This document shows, in pieces, positions 49,552 to 58,919 of a stretch of 64,000 bases of DNA. The stretch is taken from contig DATKDW010000062.1 of NCBI GenBank assembly GCA_035512495.1, forward strand, positions 50,957-114,956. Direction: 5' to 3'. Each line of letters begins with the position of its first letter. Position 1 is the stretch's first letter. Under the pieces are notes generated by a model. The model made no database searches. It had not been told where the DNA came from and saw nothing but the letters and a program-made list of their open reading frames with translations. Origin of the DNA: Acidimicrobiales bacterium (GTDB lineage Bacteria > Actinomycetota > Acidimicrobiia > Acidimicrobiales > CADCSY01). Both the position numbers and the translations under genes were made by a program.

Positions 49552-50981
49552 CCCGGCGACCCACCAACGAGCGGCAGGAGCTCGCCGGGGAGGGTGGTCA
49601 GGTCGCCGGCGCCGAGGGTCAGGCAGAGGTCGCCCGGCCGCAGCTCGTGGACGAGCCACGACCGGAGGTCGTCGCGCCGAGGCAGCCAGGCCACCCGCTG
49701 GTGGGGGTGGGCGTCGAGAACGGCATCGACGATGAGCTTGCCCGAGACGCCCGGGATCGGCGCCTGCCCGGCGGCGTAGATGTCGGTGACCGCGACCACG
49801 TCGGCATCGGTGAAGGCATCGGCGAAGGATCGCCACAGGTCGGCTGTCCGGGTGTAGCGGTGAGGCTGGAAGGCGCACACGATCCGGTCCCACCCACCGG
49901 CCCGGGCCGCCTCGAGCACCGACGCCACCTCGGTCGGGAGGTGGTCGTAGCTGTCGACGAAGGTCACGCCGCCGGCCTCGCCCCGTCGCTCGAAGCGCCG
50001 TCCCACGCCGGCGAAGGCGGCCAGGCCACGTCGGAGGCCCTCGACGTCGGCGCCGAGGGCACGGCCGACGGTGACCACGGCTGCCGCGTTGCGGGCGTTG
50101 TGCAGCCCCGGCGACGGCAGGCGGAAGCGACCGAGGTCGTCGGCCCCGGCCCGCAGGGCGAAGCTGACGCCGTCGCGGTCGGTCGTCACGTCGAAGAGCT
50201 GCACGTCGGCGGCCTCGCTCGTTCCGTAGGTGGTGCACCCGCCGACCCGGGTGGCCAGGGCGGCAGCGACGGGGTCGTCGGCGCACACCACCCGCGGGCC
50301 GGGCGAGGCGAGCAGGAAGCGGGCGAAGGCGTCCTGGAGCGCCTCGAAGCTGCCGTGGTGATCGAGGTGGTCGGGCTCGACGTTGGTGACGATGACCGCC
50401 TCGGCACCGAGCTCGAGGAAGGTCCCGTCGCTCTCGTCGGCCTCGACCACGAACCAGCCGTCGATACCCCCTCCCCATGCGGCGCCGGTGCCGATCCCGT
50501 TGACGTCGCCGCCCACGATGAACGACGGCTCAAACCCCGCCTCGCGGAGGGCGATGGCGAGCATCGCCGTGGTGCTGGTCTTGCCGTGGGTGCCGCTGAC
50601 CGCCACCGTTCGCCGGGTGGCGCAGATGGCTGCCAGCGCCTCGGCCCGTCGCAGCACGGGCACACCGGCGGCCCGGGCGGAGGCGACGTCGGGGTCGTCG
50701 GCGCGGATCGCCGTCGAGATCGCCACCGCGTCGGCGGCGGCGGCACCCTCCGGGTCGGCCCCCACGGTGACGGCGATGCCCAGGCCGGCGAGGCGGTCGA
50801 GGACCGCAGACGGCCGCTGATCGCTACCCGACACCTGGTGGCCCATGGCGACGAGCACGGTGGCGATGGCGCTCATGCCCGAACCGCCGATGCCGACGAC
50901 GTGCAGGCGGCTGGGGACGGAGAGGTCGAGGGAGGAGGCGCCGATGGGCGCCGAGACTACCGCCCGGGCGACCTCGGCCAT
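49548..50981 (-). CDS. murC: UDP-N-acetylmuramate--L-alanine ligase
   Basis: HVVGIGGSGMSAIA, VSGTHGKTSTTAM and EADESDGTF. Start is ATG 50981; GTG 50990 is an alternative. Confidence 0.93.
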   Translation of the reverse strand: MAEVARAVVSAPIGASSLDLSVPSRLHVVGIGGSGMSAIATVLVAMGHQVSGSDQRPSAVLDRLAGLGIAVTVGADPEGAAAADAVAISTAIRADDPDVASARAAGVPVLRRAEALAAICATRRTVAVSGTHGKTSTTAMLAIALREAGFEPSFIVGGDVNGIGTGAAWGGGIDGWFVVEADESDGTFLELGAEAVIVTNVEPDHLDHHGSFEALQDAFARFLLASPGPRVVCADDPVAAALATRVGGCTTYGTSEAADVQLFDVTTDRDGVSFALRAGADDLGRFRLPSPGLHNARNAAAVVTVGRALGADVEGLRRGLAAFAGVGRRFERRGEAGGVTFVDSYDHLPTEVASVLEAARAGGWDRIVCAFQPHRYTRTADLWRSFADAFTDADVVAVTDIYAAGQAPIPGVSGKLIVDAVLDAHPHQRVAWLPRRDDLRSWLVHELRPGDLCLTLGAGDLTTLPGELLPLVGGSPG

Positions 50982-51022
50982 CGTGCCCACCCCGCTGCCG
51001 GGCGTGGCAGAATCGCCCCTCC

Positions 51023-52147
51023 ATGGCTGCCGGCGACCTCTCCTTCGTGATCGCCGCCGGCGGCACCGGCGGTCACATCTACCCGGGGCTGGCGTTGGCG
51101 GAGGCGATCCGCCGGGCACGCCCTGAGGCGGCGATCGCCTTCGCCGGCACGAGCCGGGGGCTCGAGGGGCGCCTGGTGCCCGAGGCCGGCCACCCCCTGC
51201 ACGTCTACGGGATGGTGCAGTTCGCGGGGAGGGGCTGGCGCAAGGCGCTGGTCCCGCTCGCCCTCGGCCGCGCATCGCTCCAGGCCCGCTCGATCCTGCG
51301 CCGCGCCTCGGCCGACGTGGCCGTCAGCATGGGTGGCTACACGGGGATCCCCCTTGTCGTCGGCGCCCGGCTGGCCCGGGTCCCCTCGCTGATCCACGAG
51401 CCCGGGGCGGTGCCCGGCAAGGCCAACACCCTCGCCGCCCGCTTCACCCGCAACGTGGCGACCTCGTTCCCCCAGACCCGCTTCGGCGGCACCGAGGTCC
51501 GTCACGTGGGCTACCCCCTGCGCACCTCCATCACCTCCTTCGACCGGGACGCCCTGCGGGCCGACTCCCGCCGCGCGTTCGGCCTCGCCAACGGGACCGC
51601 GATGGTCCTCGTCACGGGCGGGAGCCAGGGTGCGATGTCGCTCAACCGCCTCGCCCTCGGCCTCGCCGAGCGCTGGGCCGGCCGCGACGACATCCGCATC
51701 GTCCTCAAGGCCGGCGCCCGCAGCCACGAGGAGGTGGAGTCGGCGCTGACCGCCAACCCCGGCGGTCACCTCGTCGACCTGGTGCGCTACATCGACCGCA
51801 TGGACCACGCCTATGCCGCCGCCGACGTGGCGGTGTGCCGGGCCGGGGCCGGGACGGTCACCGAGCTGGCCATCGTGGGTCTGCCCTCGGTGCTGGTCCC
51901 CTATCCCCACGACGAGCACGACGAGCAGGTCCACAACGCCGAGCCGCTGGTGGCGTCGGGCGGCGCCGTGCTGGTGCGCGACCACGAGGCGACCGCCGAG
52001 GTCGTCGGTCCTGTGCTCGAAGCTCGCCTGGGCGATCCCACCAGGCTCACCGAGATGCAGGCGGCCATGCGGGCCAGCGCCCGGCCGCACGCCGCCGACG
52101 ACCTCGCCGCCTGGGCGATCGAGCTGGCCGAGCGGGGGCGGCGGTGA
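51023..52147 (+). CDS. murG: UDP-N-acetylglucosamine--N-acetylmuramyl-(pentapeptide)-pyrophosphoryl-undecaprenol GlcNAc transferase; opposite strand to the rest of the dcw cluster
   Basis: AAGGTGGHIYPGLALAEA, SMGGYTG, VTGGSQGA, AADVAVCRAGAGTVTELA and DEQVHNAEPL align with E. coli MurG as I recall it. Confidence 0.92.
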   Translation: MAAGDLSFVIAAGGTGGHIYPGLALAEAIRRARPEAAIAFAGTSRGLEGRLVPEAGHPLHVYGMVQFAGRGWRKALVPLALGRASLQARSILRRASADVAVSMGGYTGIPLVVGARLARVPSLIHEPGAVPGKANTLAARFTRNVATSFPQTRFGGTEVRHVGYPLRTSITSFDRDALRADSRRAFGLANGTAMVLVTGGSQGAMSLNRLALGLAERWAGRDDIRIVLKAGARSHEEVESALTANPGGHLVDLVRYIDRMDHAYAAADVAVCRAGAGTVTELAIVGLPSVLVPYPHDEHDEQVHNAEPLVASGGAVLVRDHEATAEVVGPVLEARLGDPTRLTEMQAAMRASARPHAADDLAAWAIELAERGRR

Positions 52148-53166
52148 CCCTCTCCCCCACCCAACCCGCGGTCGAGGCGCTGCGCGCCCTGGAGGCCGGC
52201 TTCGCCCCGGTGCTCGAGGACGGCCGCGTCGTGGGCACGGTGTCCGACCGCTCCATCCGCCGGACCCTGCTCACCACCGCCGACTGGTCGGCGCTGCGGG
52301 TCGCCGACGTCCTCGACGACCCGCCCCTCACCGTGTCCCCGTCGACGCCCGACGTCGAGGTCCGGGCGGTGCTCGAGCGCAACCATGTCCGCGCCGTCGC
52401 CGTGGTCGACGACGACCGCCTCGTCGGCACCCGCACGGTCGCCGACGTCGAGGCGGCCATCCCGGCCACCACCGCGGTCGTCATGGCCGGTGGCAAGGGC
52501 AGCCGGCTCCAACCCCTCACCGACAAGGTCCCCAAGCCGCTGCTGGCGGTGGGGCGGGCGTCGATCCTCGAGCGCCTGCTCGAGAACTTCCACGAGGCGC
52601 TCGTCGGCGACGTGTGGCTGGCCGTCAACTACATGTCGGAGATGATCGAGGACCGCATCGGCGACGGCTCCGACTGGGGGGTGCGAGCCCGCTACCTCCA
52701 CGAGGAGCAGCCGCTGCACACTGCCGGGGCGCTGGCGCTGCTGCCCGAGCGCCCCGAGGGGCCCATCCTGGTCACCCACGCCGACCAGGTCACGACCCTG
52801 CCGTTCGCCCGGATGGTCGACTACCACCTGGCCGAGGGGGCAGCGATCACGGTCGGGGCCTTCTACCACGAGGTCGCGGTCCCCTACGGGGTGCTGCGCA
52901 TCGACGAGGTGGCGCTCACGGAGATCGACGAGAAGCCGACGCTGCGCTTCCCCTGCTTCGCCGGCTTCACCGTCCTCGACCCGGCGATGCTCGACCTGGT
53001 GCCGCCAGCGACGGTGTTCTCCATGGTCGACCTGATCGAGGCGGCCCGCGCCGCCGGCCACCGGGTGGTGGTGTTCCCGATCGTCGAGATGTGGCTCGAC
53101 ATCGGCAACTGGGAAGAGCTCAACCGGGCCCTCCTGTGGTCCGTGACCGGCGAAGAGGTGATGTAG
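52144..53166 (+). CDS. CBS-domain pair fused to a sugar-phosphate nucleotidyltransferase
   Basis: GTG start in a GTGA overlap with the murG stop. The N-terminal ~120 aa is CBS-like (VLEDGRVVGTVSDRSIRR and AVAVVDDDRLVGTRTVADV), followed by VVMAGGKGSRLQPLTDKVPKPLL. Confidence 0.8.
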   Translation: MTLSPTQPAVEALRALEAGFAPVLEDGRVVGTVSDRSIRRTLLTTADWSALRVADVLDDPPLTVSPSTPDVEVRAVLERNHVRAVAVVDDDRLVGTRTVADVEAAIPATTAVVMAGGKGSRLQPLTDKVPKPLLAVGRASILERLLENFHEALVGDVWLAVNYMSEMIEDRIGDGSDWGVRARYLHEEQPLHTAGALALLPERPEGPILVTHADQVTTLPFARMVDYHLAEGAAITVGAFYHEVAVPYGVLRIDEVALTEIDEKPTLRFPCFAGFTVLDPAMLDLVPPATVFSMVDLIEAARAAGHRVVVFPIVEMWLDIGNWEELNRALLWSVTGEEVM

Positions 53167-54150
53167 GTGAAGTGGTCGGACAAGACGGTGCTCGTCACCG
53201 GCGGCGAGGGGTTCATCGGCTCCACGCTGGTCGAGCGGCTCGTGCAGGAGGGTGCCCGCGTGCGGGCCCTGACGCTGTACAACCCCTTCGGCCGGTACGG
53301 CTGGCTCGACCCGGTGGTCCACACCGAGGTGGAGGTGCTCCCCGGCGACGTCCGCGACGCCGAGCGCACCTTCGAGGCCGTCGACGGCTGCGACGTGGTC
53401 TTCCACCTCGCGGCGCTCATCGGCATCCCCTACAGCTACGTGGCCCCGGAGAGCTACGTGCAGGTCAACGTGAACGGGACCACCAACGTGGCCATGGCCT
53501 GCCGCCGTGCGGGCGTGGAGCGGATGGTCCACACCTCCACCAGCGAGACCTACGGCACCGCCATCACCGCCCCCATCAGCGAGGACCACCCGCTCCAGCC
53601 GCAGTCCCCGTACTCGGCCTCCAAGATCGGCGGCGACATGATGGCGCTGTCGTTCCACCACGCCTTCGAGCTCCCGGTGGCGGTGGTGCGGCCCTTCAAC
53701 ACCTATGGCCCCCGCCAGTCCAACCGCGCCGTGATCCCCACCATCCTCACCCAGCTCCACGCCGGGGCGACCGAGATCAAGCTCGGGAGCACCACCCCCA
53801 CGCGCGACTTCAACTACGTCGACGACACCGTCGCCGGCTTCCTCGCCGTCGCCGCCTGCGACCGGGCGGTGGGCGAGGTCGTCAACATCGGCTCCGGACG
53901 GGAGATCTCCATCGGCGACCTGGTGCGGACCCTCATCGAGGTCACCGGGGCCGAGGCCGAGGTGGTCACCGACCCGGACCGGATGCGTCCCGCAGGCTCG
54001 GAGGTGGAGCGGTTGCTCTGCGACAACAGCCGGGCCCGGGAGTGGGCGGGCTGGGAGCCCGAGGTGAGCCTCGAGGAGGGTCTGCGCCGGACCTCCGACT
54101 GGATCCGCGAGCACCGCCACCTGATCGACACCGCCGGCTACGCCGTCTGA
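53167..54150 (+). CDS. extended-SDR NAD-dependent nucleotide-sugar epimerase/dehydratase
   Basis: VTGGEGFIGS, STSETYG and YSASK (YxxxK). GTG start immediately follows the upstream TAG stop. Confidence 0.88.
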   Translation: MKWSDKTVLVTGGEGFIGSTLVERLVQEGARVRALTLYNPFGRYGWLDPVVHTEVEVLPGDVRDAERTFEAVDGCDVVFHLAALIGIPYSYVAPESYVQVNVNGTTNVAMACRRAGVERMVHTSTSETYGTAITAPISEDHPLQPQSPYSASKIGGDMMALSFHHAFELPVAVVRPFNTYGPRQSNRAVIPTILTQLHAGATEIKLGSTTPTRDFNYVDDTVAGFLAVAACDRAVGEVVNIGSGREISIGDLVRTLIEVTGAEAEVVTDPDRMRPAGSEVERLLCDNSRAREWAGWEPEVSLEEGLRRTSDWIREHRHLIDTAGYAV

Positions 54151-54170
54151 CCGTCCCCGGGGGGGAACAC

Positions 54171-55346
54171 GTGAGCGAACTGAGCACGCCGGCCGGGCCC
54201 ACGGACCGACCGGGCACGCCGAGGAGCCTCCTGCCCACCCTGGCCCGGGCCGGCTCCGTCGCCTGGTGGCTCGTGGGCATCGGCCTCGCCGTCTCGTTCG
54301 CGTTCATCCTCTTCTTGCGGCTGCGGCTGGTGATGCTTCCGCTGATCATCGCCCTCCTGATCACCACCCTCCTCCAGCCGCTCGCCGACCGCTTGGAGCG
54401 ACTCGGCCTCCGCCGACTCCCCGCCACCTGGCTGGTCTTCTTCGGGGGGGCGGCGGTCGTCATCGGAGCCCTGGTGCTGATCGTGCCCCAGACGGTCGGG
54501 CAGTTCGCGCAGCTCGGCGAGGACCTCGAGTCGGCCCTCAGGGAGATCGAGGAGTGGCTCGTCACCGGCCCCCTCGACCTCTCGGAGCAGCAGGTCGAGG
54601 GGTACGTGAACCAGGCCATCGACTCGATCCGCGGGGACACCGGGTCCGCGATCACCTCCCGGCTGCTCACCGGTGCCGCCATCGCCGGCGAGATCCTCGC
54701 CGGGATCGCCCTCTCGCTCGTGCTGGTCTTCTTCTTCGTCAAGGACGGGCACCAGATCGCCGAGTGGGCCTACGGCCACGCCCCCGACGACCGTCGGGCC
54801 GCCTACCGGGCCGCCGGGCAGCGGGCCTGGGAGAGCCTCGCCGGCTACCTGCGCGGAACGGCAATCACCGGGATGCTCGATGCCGTCCTCATCGGGCTCG
54901 GCCTCCTCGTCATCGGCGTGCCCCTCGTGCTCCCCCTAGCGATCATCACCTTCTTCGCCGCCTTCTTCCCCGTGGTCGGGGCCCCGACCGCGGGGCTGCT
55001 GGCGGTGCTCGTGGCACTGGTCAGCGGCGGGTTCCGGGACGCCCTCACCGTCCTCGCACTGGTCTTCGTGGTGCAACAGATCGAGAGCTACCTCTTCGCA
55101 CCGTCGATCATGGGCCGGGCCGTGCGCCTCCATGCCGTGGTCGTCCTGGTCGTGCTCACCACTGGCGGGCTCATGGCCGGGCTGATCGGCGCGTTCCTCG
55201 CCGTCCCCACCACTGCCGTGGCCGTCGCCGTGGTCTCGGAGCTGCGGGCGTGGGACCGCCGCGGCGGGGCGCCTGGACCCGTGGGGCCGCCGGTGTCACT
55301 ACCCCTCGACGCTGCCTCCCGGCACCGGGGGCCGTCAGCGGGTTAG
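54171..55346 (+). CDS. AI-2E (PerM/YhhT) family transporter
   Basis: Polytopic membrane protein with FFFVKDG and FFAAFFPVVGAP motifs typical of the family. GTG start in frame within ORF 51813..55346. Confidence 0.85.
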   Translation: MSELSTPAGPTDRPGTPRSLLPTLARAGSVAWWLVGIGLAVSFAFILFLRLRLVMLPLIIALLITTLLQPLADRLERLGLRRLPATWLVFFGGAAVVIGALVLIVPQTVGQFAQLGEDLESALREIEEWLVTGPLDLSEQQVEGYVNQAIDSIRGDTGSAITSRLLTGAAIAGEILAGIALSLVLVFFFVKDGHQIAEWAYGHAPDDRRAAYRAAGQRAWESLAGYLRGTAITGMLDAVLIGLGLLVIGVPLVLPLAIITFFAAFFPVVGAPTAGLLAVLVALVSGGFRDALTVLALVFVVQQIESYLFAPSIMGRAVRLHAVVVLVVLTTGGLMAGLIGAFLAVPTTAVAVAVVSELRAWDRRGGAPGPVGPPVSLPLDAASRHRGPSAG

Positions 55347-56533
55347 TGCCTCGCGGCCCGCTCCGCGGGGTGGGCCGGTGAGCGCCGGGCGAGGCCACGG
55401 CCCTGGCGGGCGATGTTCAGGAGGATCCCGCAGGACGCCATCACCAGCAAGATCGACGACCCGCCGTAGGAGATGAACGGCAGCGTCACGCCGGTGATCG
55501 GGAGGATCCCGATCACCCCGCCGATGTTGACGAAGGCCTGCACCACGACCCAGGCGGTGATCCCCGCCGCCACCAGGGTCCCGAACCGGTCGGGGGCGGC
55601 GATGGCGACCTTGGTGCCGAGGACGGCGAAGCCCACGAAGCACGCCACGACCGCCAAGCCGCCGACGAGGCCGAGCTCCTCGGCGATGATGGCGAAGATG
55701 AAGTCGGTGTGGGCGTTGGGGAGGAACCCGTACTTCGCCCGGCTGGCGCCGAGGCCGACGCCGAGCAGGCCGCCCGAGGCCACCCCCATCAGCGACTGGT
55801 TGATGTGGTAGCCGACGTTGCCGGGGTCGGCCGACGGGTCGAGGAAGGCGAGGATGCGACGCCGTCGGTACGGCGCCCGGAGGGCGAGCACGACGGCGGC
55901 GGCGCCACCGGCGGCGACGACGGCGCTGAGGCGCAGGAGGGGCACCCCGGCCACGAACAGCACGGCGACGACGATGGCTCCGATCACGAGAGTGGACCCG
56001 AGGTCGGGCTGCAGCAACATCAGCCCCGAGGTGACGATGAGCACCGTCAGCACCGGCCGGAGGGTGACCCGTTCCTCGGCCATGCGGTCGGCGCGACGCG
56101 TCAGCAGGTCGGCGGCGAAGAGCAGCGCCGCCAGCTTCACCAGCTCGGCGGGCTGGAAGCGCACCGCCCCGGAGCCCACCCACCGGCCGGCGCCGTTGAC
56201 CTCGATGCCCACCCCCGGGACGAGGACGGCGACCAGCAGCAGCCACGAGAGCCCGAGGAGCGGCACTGCGACGCGGCGCCAGCGCCGGTAGTCGACCCGC
56301 ATCGCCGCCACCAGCGCAGCCGTGCCGACGGCGACGTAGAGCGCGTGGCGCACGAAGTACGTCCAGGTGGAGTCTGTCTCCTCGAACGCCTGCACCGAGG
56401 AGGCCGAGAGCACCATGACCAGGCCGATGGTGCTGAGCACCGCGACCAGCGCGGCGAGGAGGGCAAAGGTGGAGGTGCCGGCGGGCGTCGGCGCCGGGCG
56501 GCGGCGGCTGGTGGGCGCGGCGGTCCGGCTCAC
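55343..56533 (-). CDS. ftsW: lipid II flippase / SEDS peptidoglycan glycosyltransferase FtsW
   Basis: FtsW/RodA/SpoVE family: RFQPAELVKLA, PDLGSTLV, HTDFIFAIIAEELG and PFISYGGSS. Confidence 0.92.
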   Translation of the reverse strand: MSRTAAPTSRRRPAPTPAGTSTFALLAALVAVLSTIGLVMVLSASSVQAFEETDSTWTYFVRHALYVAVGTAALVAAMRVDYRRWRRVAVPLLGLSWLLLVAVLVPGVGIEVNGAGRWVGSGAVRFQPAELVKLAALLFAADLLTRRADRMAEERVTLRPVLTVLIVTSGLMLLQPDLGSTLVIGAIVVAVLFVAGVPLLRLSAVVAAGGAAAVVLALRAPYRRRRILAFLDPSADPGNVGYHINQSLMGVASGGLLGVGLGASRAKYGFLPNAHTDFIFAIIAEELGLVGGLAVVACFVGFAVLGTKVAIAAPDRFGTLVAAGITAWVVVQAFVNIGGVIGILPITGVTLPFISYGGSSILLVMASCGILLNIARQGRGLARRSPAHPAERAARH

Positions 56534-57882
56534 CGCCGGCTCCCGCGCTGCTCATGGACGGCCCGGGCGAAGTCGTCGCCGCGCTCCCCGTAGCCGCCGT
56601 ACCAGTCGAACGAGGCGCACCCCGGCGACAGCACCACGGCGTCGCCGGGTCGGGCGACGGCGCGGGCGACATCGACGGCGTCGTCCATCGACGTCGCGGT
56701 GGTGACCTCCACGCCGGTGCCGGCGAAGGCCGTGGTCACCTCGGCCGCCGCCTCACCGATGGCCACCACGTGGCGGAGCCGGTCGGCCGAGTCGGCAAGG
56801 ACCGACAGGTCGAGGCCTTTGTTGCGGCCGCCCGCCAACAGCACCACCGAGTCGAAGCCGGCGATCGCCGCGGCTGTGGCGTGGGGGTCGGTCGCCTTCG
56901 AGTCGTCGTAGAACCGCACCCCGCCATCATCGGCGACCAGGGCCAGCCGGTGGGGGAGCCCCCGGAAGGCCAGAAGGGCGTCCCGCACCGCCTGCCGGGG
57001 GATCCCGGCCTCGAGGGCGCAGGCGGCCGCCGCCAGGGCGTTGGTCAGGTCGTGGGGAAGGGCCCGGAAGAGCTCGTGACCTACAACCAAGACTGACCCG
57101 TCGGGCAGCACCAGGGCTCCGTCCACCACTCGGTAGTCGGTTTGTCCTACGCCGAAGGTCACCACCCGGCCCGGAGCCCCAGAGGCGGCTGCCATCACCA
57201 CGGGATCGTCGGCGTTGACGATGGCGACGTCTTCCGGGCGCTGGCTGGCCCAGATCCGCGCCTTCGAGTGCGCGTAGTGCTCCATGTCGGGGTGCCAGTC
57301 GAGATGGTCCTCGGCCAGGTTGAGCCAGAGGGCGACATCGGGTCGGAAGGTCTCGGTGAACTCCAGCCGGAAGGACGAGGCCTCGACCACGACGAGGTCG
57401 AGGCCGTCGTCGAGCACCGCGACGAGTGGCACATCGTTGTTGCCGGCGGCGGCGGTGCGGCGGCCAGCCGCGGTGACCATGTCGGCGACGAGCGTCGTCA
57501 CCGTGGTCTTGCCGTTGGTGCCGGTGATGGCGACCACCGGTGGAAGACCCCAGCGAGCGGCCAGCTCGAACTCGCTCCAGACCGGCACGCCCCGGTCCAC
57601 AGCGGCGACGAGCACCGGGTGGGTGGGGCAGACCGCGGGACTGGGCACGACCACCGCCACCGTGTCGAGCAGGGCCACCGCCTCCTCTCCCGAGGGCGCC
57701 TCCACGAGGGTCAGCCCCAACTCGGTGGCGACCTGCCTGGCACGCTCCCCCGGCTGGTCCTCGATGGCGACCACCTCCACGCCCCGGCGCCGCAGCTCGC
57801 GAGCGGTGACCACCCCCGCTTGGCCGAGGCCGATGACCAGGGCCGGGCCGGGGACGCTGGCGGCCGGCGTCGGGCCGGCCAT
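56530..57882 (-). CDS. murD: UDP-N-acetylmuramoylalanine--D-glutamate ligase
   Basis: ITGTNGKTTVT, FRGLPHRL and DDSKATDPHA. Start overlaps the mraY stop by 1 nt (TGATG). Confidence 0.93.
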   Translation of the reverse strand: MAGPTPAASVPGPALVIGLGQAGVVTARELRRRGVEVVAIEDQPGERARQVATELGLTLVEAPSGEEAVALLDTVAVVVPSPAVCPTHPVLVAAVDRGVPVWSEFELAARWGLPPVVAITGTNGKTTVTTLVADMVTAAGRRTAAAGNNDVPLVAVLDDGLDLVVVEASSFRLEFTETFRPDVALWLNLAEDHLDWHPDMEHYAHSKARIWASQRPEDVAIVNADDPVVMAAASGAPGRVVTFGVGQTDYRVVDGALVLPDGSVLVVGHELFRALPHDLTNALAAAACALEAGIPRQAVRDALLAFRGLPHRLALVADDGGVRFYDDSKATDPHATAAAIAGFDSVVLLAGGRNKGLDLSVLADSADRLRHVVAIGEAAAEVTTAFAGTGVEVTTATSMDDAVDVARAVARPGDAVVLSPGCASFDWYGGYGERGDDFARAVHEQRGSRR

Positions 57883-58919
57883 CAGTCGATGACCCCGGGG
57901 ATCGAGATGTAGTCGGCGTAGAAGATGCCCACGCCCATGCCGGTCGCCATCCCCGCCAGGATCCAGAACCGGATGATCACCGTGATCTCCGGCCATCCGC
58001 CCAGCTCGTAGTGGTGGTGGATCGGGGCCATGCGGAACACTCGACGGTGGAAGAGGCGGAACGACGCCACCTGGACGATCACCGACAGCGTCTCGATCAC
58101 GAAGATGCCGCCGACGATCGGCAGCAGGAGGTGGGTGTTGGTCATCAGCGCCAGACCGGCCAGGCCCGAGCCGACGGCGAGGGAGCCGGTGTCGCCCATG
58201 AAGATGCGAGCCGGCGCTGCGTTCCACCAGAGGAAGCCCGCGCACGCCCCGACCATCGCCGCCGCGACCAGCGCCAGGTCGAAGGCGTGGGGCTGGCGAT
58301 AGATCTCGAAGTGGCGGAACGACCAGAAGCCGATGATCACGTATGCCGAGAAGGAGAAGAGGGCGGAGCCGGCAGCCAGGCCGTCGAGCCCGTCGGTGAG
58401 GTTGACGGCGTTGCTGGTCCCGAGGATCAACAGGACCGCCCAGACACCCCACACCCAAGGACCGAGGTCGATGTCAAGGGCATCGAACCGCGTGAAGGAC
58501 AGGTTCGTGCTGACCGGGGTGTGGAACACGGCGATCACGGCGAAGCCGACCGCCACGGTGAGGAGGCCGGCCACCTTGGTCCGCTTGTTGAGGCCGAGGT
58601 TGCGGGCGTTGCGGACCTTGATCCAGTCGTCGAGGAAGCCGACGACGCCTGCACCGGCGATCGCGCCAATGACCAGGAGGCCGCTGCGGGTGAAGATGGC
58701 GCCCTCGCGGAGGTGGGCCAGCACGTAGCCCGCCATCGCGGCGCCCACCACGGTGATGCCCCCCATGGTGGGCGTTCCCGCCTTGGTGAAGTGCCCGCTC
58801 GGGCCGTCCTCGCGGATCGGCTGGCCGATGCCGTGGGCCCGCAGCCAGGTGATGAGGAAGGGCGTCCCCACGAGCGAGACCACGAGGGCGACCCCACTCG
58901 AGATGAGGAGCGCGATCAC
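57882..58919 (-). CDS. mraY: phospho-N-acetylmuramoyl-pentapeptide transferase
   Basis: PTMGG, NAVNLTDGLDGLA, FMGDTGSL and APIHHH. Confidence 0.96.
   Translation of the reverse strand: MIALLISSGVALVVSLVGTPFLITWLRAHGIGQPIREDGPSGHFTKAGTPTMGGITVVGAAMAGYVLAHLREGAIFTRSGLLVIGAIAGAGVVGFLDDWIKVRNARNLGLNKRTKVAGLLTVAVGFAVIAVFHTPVSTNLSFTRFDALDIDLGPWVWGVWAVLLILGTSNAVNLTDGLDGLAAGSALFSFSAYVIIGFWSFRHFEIYRQPHAFDLALVAAAMVGACAGFLWWNAAPARIFMGDTGSLAVGSGLAGLALMTNTHLLLPIVGGIFVIETLSVIVQVASFRLFHRRVFRMAPIHHHYELGGWPEITVIIRFWILAGMATGMGVGIFYADYISIPGVID

Noticed and set aside
51901-54120. 739-aa minus-strand ORF
   Set aside because: It is antisense to murG, the CBS-nucleotidyltransferase and the SDR gene, all of which have strong motifs on the plus strand.
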